A stretch of DNA of 64,000 nucleotides from Patescibacteria group bacterium (GTDB lineage: Bacteria; Patescibacteriota; Patescibacteriia; UBA10025; JBIOWE01). A model generated the notes under the pieces. It ran no database searches, was not told where the DNA came from, and saw nothing but the letters and a program-made list of their open reading frames with translations. The DNA is taken from the NCBI GenBank assembly GCA_044868145.1, contig JBIOWE010000006.1, positions 218,835 through 282,834 of the forward strand. Direction: 5' to 3'. This document shows, piece by piece, positions 1-7,921 of the stretch. Position 1 is the first letter of the stretch; each line of letters starts with the position of its first letter. A program made the position numbers and the translations under genes.

Positions 1-2
1 TG

Positions 3-1394
3 TCGATCAATGCTAGCAGAACAATGACTGTAACGTCTGCGGGCTCGCTGTCGTTGAGCGGCACGATCTCTGGTTCCGGCAAGTTAACGTATAAGCCGAG
101 CGCGTCGTTCCCAACCGGCGGCACGATTTCTTCCATTCTCCGCTTTGATTCGACTGACAATGACCAGACGATGGGCGCGCGGACCTACGGCGGCGCGGTG
201 GAGGTTTTCAACACTAGTGGTTCGAGTCGAACCGTGACCGCTGCTGCTGGGACGCTCGCATTCTCCTCGACCCTCGACATCTCCAAAACCGGCGGTGGCG
301 GTGAGACCCTCGAGCTGAACACGAACGACCCCACGACAACGATTAGCGGCGCAGTCACGATTGGTTCCGGCACAACGTTTTCCGCGAACAGCGCGAACGC
401 CTTGAACATCAACGGCAACTATACGAATAGTGGTACGTTCACGGATAATTCAGGCACAGTTACTGTTGCCGGCTCGGCCCAACAAACCTTCAACGCGACG
501 ATGACCGGCAGTTCAGACTTCAATAACCTGACCATCACCAATAACTCGGGTTCGGATCCGGTTACCAGCCCGTCGGTCATTTTCTCCGCTAGCGCCACGA
601 CCGCGGGGACGTTTACCGCCACAACGGCGAATGTCAAACTCCGCTTCTTTGCTGGCGGGACGTACACGTTCCAGAACATCAGTTTTAACGGTCAAGCTAC
701 GACGTCTCGCGTCGCCTTGCGAAGCTCATCGGCTGGGACGGACTGGAACTTGAACGTGGCGGGCACGCGTTCCGTGCTGAATACCGACGCGAAGGATTCG
801 GATGCGTGCGGCCAAGCCCCGAACATTGATGCAACGGATATTTCCACGCTCGATTCAACGGGCAACACCTGTTGGGATTTCAGCGCGACCCAGTTTAGCA
901 TCTCGGACACGACGATTGGGTTTGGCGCGATTACCGCGAGCACAGGTCGCTGGGCGACTGGTGATACGAACGGTACGGACGCCTCCGCCACGACCCCGAC
1001 CGCGGCACACACGATCAGCATACGGACGAGCGCAGGGAACGGCTACGCCCTGACGTATTTTGGCGCGACGCTTACAAGTAGCGGGAACACGATCTGCCAA
1101 ACCCCCCTCACAGACTGCGTGGACGCGACTGACGACTCGGATGGCGCACCTGGGACCGAGCAATTCGGGATTTCCGTGAGCACCGACGGGAATGCAACTA
1201 TTGCTGCCGGGTACCTCCGCGACAGCGCCGCCTCATTCAATTTCATTCCTTCAACGACCACGACGATCGTTTCGGAAACTGGCGCGACCGCCACAGAAAC
1301 GATCACCGCGAGCTACCTCGCGAACATCGCCGCCCTGACGGAACCGGGTGCCTACTTGACTAACATTACGTATATCTTGACGGCGACGTTTTGA
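3..1394 (+). CDS. Large Ser/Thr/Gly-rich surface adhesin-like protein (5'-truncated) with C-terminal WxL/CS1-pilin-like domain
   Basis: Frame is open to the window edge. Beta-helix/autotransporter-passenger-like repeats (LNINGNYTNSGTFT, FNNLTITN), then a 166-aa C-terminal domain ending GAYLTNITYILTATF that is paralogous to the C-terminus of 2304..3383. Confidence 0.75.
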   Translation, partial: SINASRTMTVTSAGSLSLSGTISGSGKLTYKPSASFPTGGTISSILRFDSTDNDQTMGARTYGGAVEVFNTSGSSRTVTAAAGTLAFSSTLDISKTGGGGETLELNTNDPTTTISGAVTIGSGTTFSANSANALNINGNYTNSGTFTDNSGTVTVAGSAQQTFNATMTGSSDFNNLTITNNSGSDPVTSPSVIFSASATTAGTFTATTANVKLRFFAGGTYTFQNISFNGQATTSRVALRSSSAGTDWNLNVAGTRSVLNTDAKDSDACGQAPNIDATDISTLDSTGNTCWDFSATQFSISDTTIGFGAITASTGRWATGDTNGTDASATTPTAAHTISIRTSAGNGYALTYFGATLTSSGNTICQTPLTDCVDATDDSDGAPGTEQFGISVSTDGNATIAAGYLRDSAASFNFIPSTTTTIVSETGATATETITASYLANIAALTEPGAYLTNITYILTATF

Positions 1395-1406
1395 TCCATT
1401 TTTTGC

Positions 1407-1431
1407 ATAGGTGGCAAATCTTTTTGCCACC
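1407..1431 (+). repeat. REP-like hairpin 1
   Basis: ATAG then stem GGTGGCAAA/TTTGCCACC around TCTT; same family as the other four copies. Confidence 0.7.
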
Positions 1432-1437
1432 GGAACG

Positions 1438-1466
1438 GCTCACAAACAAGATTTTTGAGCTATGCG
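1438..1466 (-). repeat. REP-like hairpin 2
   Basis: Minus strand CGC-ATAG-CTCAAAAATCTTGTTTGTGAGC; inverted relative to copy 1. Confidence 0.7.
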
Positions 1467-1490
1467 TTGAGAATAAATATTTAACGTTTT

Positions 1491-1519
1491 CGCGTAGATG
1501 CCAAATCTTGTTTGGCATC
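1491..1519 (+). repeat. REP-like hairpin 3
   Basis: CGC-GTAG-ATGCCAAATCTTGTTTGGCATC; perfect 9-bp stem GATGCCAAA/TTTGGCATC just upstream of the RAYT gene. Confidence 0.8.
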
Positions 1520-1535
1520 GAAAGGTTAAATGATT

Positions 1536-2018
1536 ATGGCTCGAACACGTTTGTCATTAGATGGTCAATTCCGTTACTTTGTCACCGTCTCAACGTCAGA
1601 TCGCAAAAAGATTTTTCAAAATAATACGATTAAGGATTTATGGATACAGAGTCTTGGTTATTGCCATAAAAAATTACATTTCTTTCTTTACGGATACGTA
1701 CTACTACTCGATCATTTTCATTTAATGTTAATGACAAAGGGTCATCGAAAAATTGAGGATGTGATGCGTCACGTGAACGGAGTTTTTGCGCAGCGTTACA
1801 ATAAGCTAGCTAACGAATATGGACAGGTGATCCAACGACGATTCTGGGACCACGCCATTCGGAATGAAAAAGATTTTATCGAGAAGCTCGATTATATGCA
1901 CAAAAATCCTTTAAATCACGGTTTGGTAGATGATGTTGAGGATTGGCCGTATTCGAGTTGGCATAATTATAATTGTAAGCATAAACCATTAATCGAAATA
2001 GATGCTATTGATCTCTAG
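1536..2018 (+). mobile_element. REP-associated tyrosine transposase (RAYT/TnpA-REP, Y1 HUH family)
   Basis: YFVTVST N-terminal strand, HUH motif DHFH, FWDHAIRNEKD, YMHKNP catalytic Tyr motif, DWPYSSW tail; AT-richer than flanks; flanked by GTAG-hairpin REPs. Alternative ATG at 1530. Confidence 0.9.
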
Positions 2019-2036
2019 GTCTTAATAGATGCTTGC

Positions 2037-2065
2037 GCTGATAAACAAGATTTATCAGCTACGCG
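2037..2065 (-). repeat. REP-like hairpin 4
   Basis: Minus strand CGC-GTAG-CTGATAAATCTTGTTTATCAGC; perfect 9-bp stem. Confidence 0.8.
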
Positions 2066-2099
2066 ACAGGAGGCATATTCTGTTTCATTTAAAACTCCT

Positions 2100-2148
2100 G
2101 CCCAAAAACAAGATTTGCCTGCCTGTCGACAGGTAGGTGAGCTACGCG
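2100..2148 (-). repeat. REP-like hairpin 5, interrupted by a 20-bp palindrome (2118-2137)
   Basis: Minus strand CGC-GTAG-CTCA[CCTACCTGTCGACAGGCAGG]CAAATCTTGTTTTTGGGC; removing the bracket restores a copy-2-like REP. Confidence 0.7.
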
Positions 2149-2177
2149 GAGGCGGAGTTGAAAATTGATACAAATCG

Positions 2178-2206
2178 TTGACTGATTGGCAAAATCGTGC
2201 TATACT
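2178..2206 (+). promoter_or_regulatory. Sigma70-type promoter for the pilin-like subunit gene
   Basis: TTGACT-17 bp-TATACT with extended -10 TG; a 9-bp hairpin (2235-2262) follows in the leader. Confidence 0.65.
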
Positions 2207-2303
2207 ATATGCGTAACCTAACTAAAAAGGTCGGGCTGTGTATATCTGAAAAAATGCACAGCAAAACAAAAACAAACAATCATTAAAAGCTCAATAATTA
2301 TCC

Positions 2304-3383
2304 ATGAAAATTCATAAGATATTCTTCATAGTAATGGTTCTCATTACGGTTTTTGGGATTAGCTTCCCGATCCAGAACGCAAAGGCAGCTGCTTTAACAA
2401 GCGTGAAAGATGTGATGAATACGATTGCCGCGACCGCGAACGCGAACCATACGATATCGTTCGTTGCTCCGTCTGCGGTCTCGAACGGTTCTACCATCAC
2501 CTTGACCTTTCCCGCAGGTTTTAGCTTAACCGGTCTTGTCGAGGACGACATTGACATTGCGGGTACGACAGAAGGAGAACTAACCACAGCCGCTGATTGC
2601 ACGGGCAGCGAAAAAGCGAGCTTTAGCTTCTCTGGCCAAGTCATTACGTTCACGCTTTGTGCTGGTGACGGCGGTGACTTCACGGGATCGGAAACAATCA
2701 CCATCGAGATTGGCAATCACGCAAGTGCATCCGGAACAGGTTCCAACCAAATTGATAACCCTTCAGCCGGCGACTATCGTATCACCATCGGTGGTACCAT
2801 GACGGACTCCGGCGCGTTTGGTGTCTCAATCATTTCGGATGACAGCGTCAACGTGACCGCGCAGGTGAACGAGTCCATCACCTTCACGATTTCCGACACG
2901 ACAATCGGGTTTGGTACAATTACATCGAGTACAGGTCGCTGGGCGACTAGTGACACGACCGGTACTGATGCCTCGGCAACGACGCCGACATCCGCCCATA
3001 GCATGACCATCGCGACGAACGCCACAGGCGGTTACACGATCACGTACAACGGCGCGACGCTCACAAGCGGCGCGAACACCATTTGTCAAACACCGCTCAC
3101 AGACTGCGCGGACGTGACCGATGACTCGGATGGCAACCCCGGCACGGAGCAGTTTGGAATTTCCGTGAGCACGAGTGGGGACGCCACTATTCCTGCCGCG
3201 TATCTGCGAGATAGTGCCGCTTCCTTTGAATTCAAGCCTTCAACAACCACGACGATCGTCTCGGAGACTGGTCCCACAGCAACGGAGACAATCAGCACGT
3301 CCTATCTTGGCAATATCACCGGAACAACCGAAGCCGGCGCCTACTCGACGAACATCACGTACATCGCGACCGGCACGTTTTAA
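2304..3383 (+). CDS. Secreted two-domain WxL/CS1-pilin-like subunit
   Basis: Signal peptide (..NAKA|AALT), all-beta Thr/Ser-rich sequence, VNVTAQV strand, TNATGGY motif, C-terminal GAYSTNITYIATGTF strand. Confidence 0.75.
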   Translation: MKIHKIFFIVMVLITVFGISFPIQNAKAAALTSVKDVMNTIAATANANHTISFVAPSAVSNGSTITLTFPAGFSLTGLVEDDIDIAGTTEGELTTAADCTGSEKASFSFSGQVITFTLCAGDGGDFTGSETITIEIGNHASASGTGSNQIDNPSAGDYRITIGGTMTDSGAFGVSIISDDSVNVTAQVNESITFTISDTTIGFGTITSSTGRWATSDTTGTDASATTPTSAHSMTIATNATGGYTITYNGATLTSGANTICQTPLTDCADVTDDSDGNPGTEQFGISVSTSGDATIPAAYLRDSAASFEFKPSTTTTIVSETGPTATETISTSYLGNITGTTEAGAYSTNITYIATGTF

Positions 3384-3490
3384 GCCAGTCCGTAAGCCGA
3401 CAGCCAAACATCCTGACAGCCATCAGCCATTCAGCCTTTAAAGCTGAAAAGCGTTGCAGAATCTTCGTTTATGGATTTTAAAACAAAAAA

Positions 3491-4486
3491 ATGCCGACAA
3501 TAATGAGGAAATTAGGTGTTCTTACTGTCCTCACGATCGGCATTTTTTTTGTTGTCCAAAACGCCCAAGCTATCACCATTATCCCCCCCTCGTTCGAGTT
3601 TCAGGTAAAACCTGGCGAAACGATCAAGACAAAAATAAAGTTATTCAACGAGGAACAGCAGGCAAAACAACTTTATTCAGACGTTACGAATTTTACGGCC
3701 CAAGGGGAAACGGGAAATCCGCAGTTCGACCTGAAAGCTCAAAGAGTGGACTTAAGCGCTTGGATAGATGTTGGGCCCGGCCCATATCCGATGCAAGCCG
3801 GAGACAGGATTGAGGTGCCGATTACGATTAATGTGCCTAAAGATGCGGAACCGGGTGGGCATTATGCGGCTGTGTTCTTTACGACAAAACCACCAGACAC
3901 GGAAGAAAGCGGTTCTATTGGCATTGCATCAGCGATTGGGTCACTTTTCCTCGTGCGCGTTGAAGGCGAAATACGCGAACAAGGTTCTTTAATTGAATTT
4001 TCCGTGGCAGAAGGCAAAACGTTGTTTTCCCGTGCCCCGATCGACTTTTTTGTTCGCTTCAGTAACACCGGCAATGTCCATTTACGGCCGACCGGCACAC
4101 TTACAATTAAAAACATGTTTGGGGGAACAAGCGATACCATTGATGTGAACCCGGGCAAAGGGGCCACTTTACCAGGTCAAATTCGTAAATATGAAGTCAA
4201 ATGGGAGCGCGGGCAGGTTCAAGCCGGAACAGGTAGCGCATGGTCTGATTTTTGGAAAGAATTCAGCAATGAATGGAATAACTTTGCCATTGGCAAATAC
4301 ACAGCTTCCTTGGCTCTAACGTATGGAATCACTCCTGCGGGTAACGCTTCGGGAGAATTGGACTTCTGGGTCTTACCGTGGCATGTATTGTTGGTCTCTC
4401 TCTTCACCCTAGCGATTGTCGTGGTTTTGTTGATCTTCTTCATCAAGCGATATAACGCTTGGATAATTCGTAAAGCAAAGCAGTAA
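3491..4486 (+). CDS. DUF916/DUF3324-like (WxL-interacting, PapD-like) membrane-anchored protein
   Basis: Signal peptide; PPSFEFQVKPGE..KIKLFNE, ITINVPKDAEPGGHYAAVFF, FSNTGNVHLRPTG motifs; C-terminal TM helix plus basic tail. Confidence 0.75.
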   Translation: MPTIMRKLGVLTVLTIGIFFVVQNAQAITIIPPSFEFQVKPGETIKTKIKLFNEEQQAKQLYSDVTNFTAQGETGNPQFDLKAQRVDLSAWIDVGPGPYPMQAGDRIEVPITINVPKDAEPGGHYAAVFFTTKPPDTEESGSIGIASAIGSLFLVRVEGEIREQGSLIEFSVAEGKTLFSRAPIDFFVRFSNTGNVHLRPTGTLTIKNMFGGTSDTIDVNPGKGATLPGQIRKYEVKWERGQVQAGTGSAWSDFWKEFSNEWNNFAIGKYTASLALTYGITPAGNASGELDFWVLPWHVLLVSLFTLAIVVVLLIFFIKRYNAWIIRKAKQ

Positions 4487-4500
4487 TTGATTGAGACATT

Positions 4501-5355
4501 GTGCGACTGATATCTCTTCGAGTTTACTTGATTTTAGTTCCCATGGTCATCGCAGGTATGGTCATGGGAAGTTCTTTAATTAGTGCGATTGACGTTTCTA
4601 TTTCCGCGGTTGTGTCTGGGACACCGCCTGAAGAGCCGGATACCGTTGTCGTTTTTAAAGGATATGCTTCGCCTGGTGCTTTAGTAACCATTCGGGAAGA
4701 CGGCACCGTGCTCGCGACAGTCACGGCGGGGCCGGATGCGCGGTTTGAAGTTTCAAAAATCATTAATCCGGGAATTTACACGTTCACCCTGTTTGCCACC
4801 GACATCCGAGGAGTCGTTAGTTCGACATTCAGCATAACGTTGAGCTTAAGCCAAGGAACGACAACCACCATTAGTGGCATCTTTCTTGGTTCTACAATTT
4901 CAACGGACAGATCTTCTTACAGCGTCGGAGATATCGTGTCCATTCTTGGCTCGACAGTTCCCCTCTCCACTGTGAGCGTTATTGTGCATTCACACCTTAC
5001 ACAGCAATTTAATGTGAATGCCGGTTCCGATGGTGTCTGGTTGAAACAGGTCTCTGCGGATGGACAATCCATCGAAGTCGGAAGCCATTCAACGTACTCG
5101 CAAGCCGTCGCGCCAGATAACTCCATTTCCGAATTAAGTAAGACCGTAAGCTTTGCCGTCGGCGCGGGAGGGTCGTGCGCAGGATACCTTGCCGCGGATA
5201 TTAATTGCGATGGGTTTGTTAACCTTATTGATTTCAGCATTATGCTGTTCTACTGGAATTCAAGGAACCCAGCGAATCCGCGTGCGGACATTAACGGCGA
5301 TGGACTCGTGTATATAGTTGACTTCAGTATTATGCTTTTCCATTGGACGGGGTAG
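4501..5355 (+). CDS. Secreted Ig-like protein with C-terminal dockerin (type I-like) domain
   Basis: Signal peptide; two Ig-like segments; duplicated Ca-binding repeats ADINCDGFVNLIDFSIML and ADINGDGLVYIVDFSIML. Confidence 0.85.
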   Translation: MRLISLRVYLILVPMVIAGMVMGSSLISAIDVSISAVVSGTPPEEPDTVVVFKGYASPGALVTIREDGTVLATVTAGPDARFEVSKIINPGIYTFTLFATDIRGVVSSTFSITLSLSQGTTTTISGIFLGSTISTDRSSYSVGDIVSILGSTVPLSTVSVIVHSHLTQQFNVNAGSDGVWLKQVSADGQSIEVGSHSTYSQAVAPDNSISELSKTVSFAVGAGGSCAGYLAADINCDGFVNLIDFSIMLFYWNSRNPANPRADINGDGLVYIVDFSIMLFHWTG

Positions 5356-5384
5356 TGTAGCGACGGATGTCCTTGACACAGGGA

Positions 5385-5454
5385 GATGCTGAAACAAGTT
5401 CAGCATGACATGACTCTAGCCATCAAGTAGTCATTCTGAACTTGTTTCAGAATC
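5385..5454. repeat. Inverted pair of GTCA-type REP-like palindromes
   Basis: 5385-5409 reverse complement GTCATGCTGAACTTGTTTCAGCATC versus 5430-5454 GTCATTCTGAACTTGTTTCAGAATC; the two differences are compensatory. Confidence 0.7.
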
Positions 5455-5487
5455 CCCTTCAGATACTACGTAATCAAACCATAATCC

Positions 5488-6633
5488 ATGCTTCATCGCA
5501 CCACAACAATAAAAATACTGCTATACTTTTTCTTTACGATCGTTGGTGGAATAGTATCAGCCGCATCTCCCGCAGACGCTGCTATTTTGTACGTTAATCC
5601 TGCGGAACAGACTGTTGCATTGCGCGAAAGTTTTGTTGTTGATATTTTGCTGAACAGTGAAGGAGAAACTATTAATACGGTTCAGACGAGTATCAATTAC
5701 TCGCCTGATCTTCTTGAGATTCTTGACGTGTCGAAGGGAGGATCGTTCTTAACGCTTTGGCCGGAGGAGCCGCTTGTTAGTGCACCAACAGGAGTTGTCT
5801 CGTTGGTCGGAGGCATCCCGAACGGTAGCCTTGTGGTAGACGGACGCGTTGTACGTCTTTTTTTTCGGGCAAAGGCGCTCGGAACCTCTTCCATTCGTTT
5901 TGATGAAGACAACTCAGCTATTTACTTGAACGACGGAAAAGGCACGAAGACTGCTCTTTCCAGTCGTCAAGCATCGTATAAAGTAACAAACCCTTCCCCT
6001 TTTCTCGTGGAGATTACTTCTTCGACGCACCCGGACGAAAATATCTGGTATAATAAAGTGTCAGCCACGCTCACATGGCAGGTAAAAGAAGGCGCGCTGT
6101 ATAGTTATGCACTTGCCGAGAGCCCGCTTGATACTCCAGATGAAAAAATTGAGGACCAGGTGGGGAAAGTGACGTTTGATGATCTTGAAGATGGTATCCA
6201 TTATTTTATTTTGCGAGAAAAATTAGACGGCGATGAGTGGGGGCCTGTTTCCATGCGACGTATCATGGTTGACCGATCACCCCCGATCCAGTTTGAATAT
6301 GCATTTTCGAAAGATGATGCAGGAAAGTCCATTTTGATATTTTCCGCGAACGATAAATTCTCCGGCATTGACCGATACCAAATTACCGAAGGACGGAAAG
6401 GGTTAGCTACTGCTCAAAGCCCCTATACTCTCCTGGATCAATCGCGCAAGTCGGCCATTACGCTTCAAGCAGTTGATAGCGCTGGTAACATAAGCGAAAT
6501 TTCCATACCCGGCCTTGGCCGTTCGGAAACGAAGAAAGGTGTGGATCCCCTCGTATGGGTTGCGGTCTCGCTGGTCGCAATTGTCTCGTTCGTATCTTTA
6601 TTTCTTGTATCAAAAAGACGAAAGATCACTTAA
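5488..6633 (+). CDS. Cohesin-domain membrane-anchored surface protein 1
   Basis: Signal peptide; cohesin-like N-domain (LYVNPAEQTV..FVVDILLNS..INTVQTSINYSPDLLE..FRAKALG..YLNDGKGT); Ig-like domains; C-terminal TM plus KRRK. Confidence 0.8.
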   Translation: MLHRTTTIKILLYFFFTIVGGIVSAASPADAAILYVNPAEQTVALRESFVVDILLNSEGETINTVQTSINYSPDLLEILDVSKGGSFLTLWPEEPLVSAPTGVVSLVGGIPNGSLVVDGRVVRLFFRAKALGTSSIRFDEDNSAIYLNDGKGTKTALSSRQASYKVTNPSPFLVEITSSTHPDENIWYNKVSATLTWQVKEGALYSYALAESPLDTPDEKIEDQVGKVTFDDLEDGIHYFILREKLDGDEWGPVSMRRIMVDRSPPIQFEYAFSKDDAGKSILIFSANDKFSGIDRYQITEGRKGLATAQSPYTLLDQSRKSAITLQAVDSAGNISEISIPGLGRSETKKGVDPLVWVAVSLVAIVSFVSLFLVSKRRKIT

Positions 6634-6634
6634 T

Positions 6635-7882
6635 ATGTGGATGACAAGAACGAAAATATTCTACTCTCTTGCCTTTGCTTTTCTACTGGTCGTCGTTGGG
6701 ATACCGCACGTTGTGCACGCGGCCGGTTCTTTTTTCCTTAGTCCGAACGTCGGATCGTATACGGTCGGTTCTACGATTACCGTTCGTCTTGTTGTCGGCA
6801 CAGGAGGTCAAGCGATCAATTCTGGACAGGCTACAATCACTTTTCCGACAAGCACCCTCGAGGCGCAAAGCGTTTCAAAATCAGGGTCTATTTTTACGCT
6901 CTGGCCAGAAGACCCACGTATTGTTGGCGACACAGTAACATTCGCTGGCGGATTACCAACCCCTGGCTACAACGGAAGCGGCGGCTTGATTATTACCGCG
7001 ACGTTTCGCGCGACGGCGACTGGTACTGCTACTGTACGTGTTACTTCAGGCCGATTGTTGTTGAACGATGGTTCAGGCACAAATATTCTCACTGGATTTG
7101 GTTCGGCAACCTATACCATTACGCCGGCCCCGCCAGCAAAAAACACGCCAGCAGCTCCAACCGTTTCTTCGAGTTCGCATTCAGATCAAAACCTCTGGTA
7201 TGCAAACTCAAACCCGACATTCGATTGGACGCACGGCGACGGTGTAACGGGATTCAGCTATTCCTTTGACGACCAGGAAGGCGCAATTCCCGATGAGGTA
7301 CAAGACAGCACCTTGCCGCAAGCATCCTATGCTGGGACAAAAGATGGATTCTGGTATTTCCATGTTCGAGCAAGAAATGACGACGGATGGGGAGCCACTG
7401 GCCACTTTACCGTTCGCATTGATACAACGGCGCCGCTTCCGTTCGAGATATTTGCTCTTCTGGATGAGGAACAATCTCAAGATGCCACTCGTCAGATAGC
7501 GTTTAAAACAACAGATGCCGTGTCTGGGCTGGACCATTATGATGTGTATGTGGACGGTTTACACATTGAGCAATTACAGCCGGCTGAAACAGTGCTCTAT
7601 ACGTTGCCGGACTTGCCGCAGGGAACACATACCATTCTCGTGCGAGCAGTTGACCGCGCCGGCAACAGAACCGACGCCTCAGTAAACGTTGGTGCTGCAC
7701 GTTCTTGCCCAAGGACAGGTTTCCAGATAGGTTCATTGTCCACGTGGTGTACCTGGATAGTGGTTTTTCAATGGCTTATAATTCTGCTGCTTATTTTGTT
7801 TATCCTCGCATTACTCAATCGGCGAAACAAGCAGGCTCCAACCACTCAAAATCGCAAGCATCAGCATCAGTCATCCAAATAA
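6635..7882 (+). CDS. Cohesin-domain membrane-anchored surface protein 2
   Basis: ATG at 6635; signal peptide; cohesin-like N-domain (FFLSPNVGSYTVGSTITVRL..INSGQATITFP..FRATATG..LLNDGSGT); SHSDQNLWY paralogous to THPDENIWY; C-terminal TM. Confidence 0.8.
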   Translation: MWMTRTKIFYSLAFAFLLVVVGIPHVVHAAGSFFLSPNVGSYTVGSTITVRLVVGTGGQAINSGQATITFPTSTLEAQSVSKSGSIFTLWPEDPRIVGDTVTFAGGLPTPGYNGSGGLIITATFRATATGTATVRVTSGRLLLNDGSGTNILTGFGSATYTITPAPPAKNTPAAPTVSSSSHSDQNLWYANSNPTFDWTHGDGVTGFSYSFDDQEGAIPDEVQDSTLPQASYAGTKDGFWYFHVRARNDDGWGATGHFTVRIDTTAPLPFEIFALLDEEQSQDATRQIAFKTTDAVSGLDHYDVYVDGLHIEQLQPAETVLYTLPDLPQGTHTILVRAVDRAGNRTDASVNVGAARSCPRTGFQIGSLSTWCTWIVVFQWLIILLLILFILALLNRRNKQAPTTQNRKHQHQSSK

Positions 7883-7894
7883 GACGTGTTTTTG

Positions 7895-7921
7895 AAAACG
7901 GGCTTTGATCAAACCCGTTTT
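7895..7921. terminator. Bidirectional intrinsic terminator
   Basis: AAAACGGG..CCCGTTTT hairpin between convergent genes. Confidence 0.65.

Noticed and set aside
1407-2148. CRISPR array, or a classical IS200/IS605 element
   Set aside because: Repeats vary in sequence, orientation and spacing; no cas or tnpB gene; the protein has RAYT-type NP and WPYSS motifs.
894-3383. Diversity-generating retroelement TR/VR pair
   Set aside because: Differences fall largely at third codon positions and involve all bases rather than adenines; both copies are coding; no reverse transcriptase in the window.
3385-3450. Short AGCC/CAGCC iterations and a TTCAGC/GCTGAA hairpin after the subunit gene
   Set aside because: Too short and degenerate to call; may be a weak terminator or stability element.
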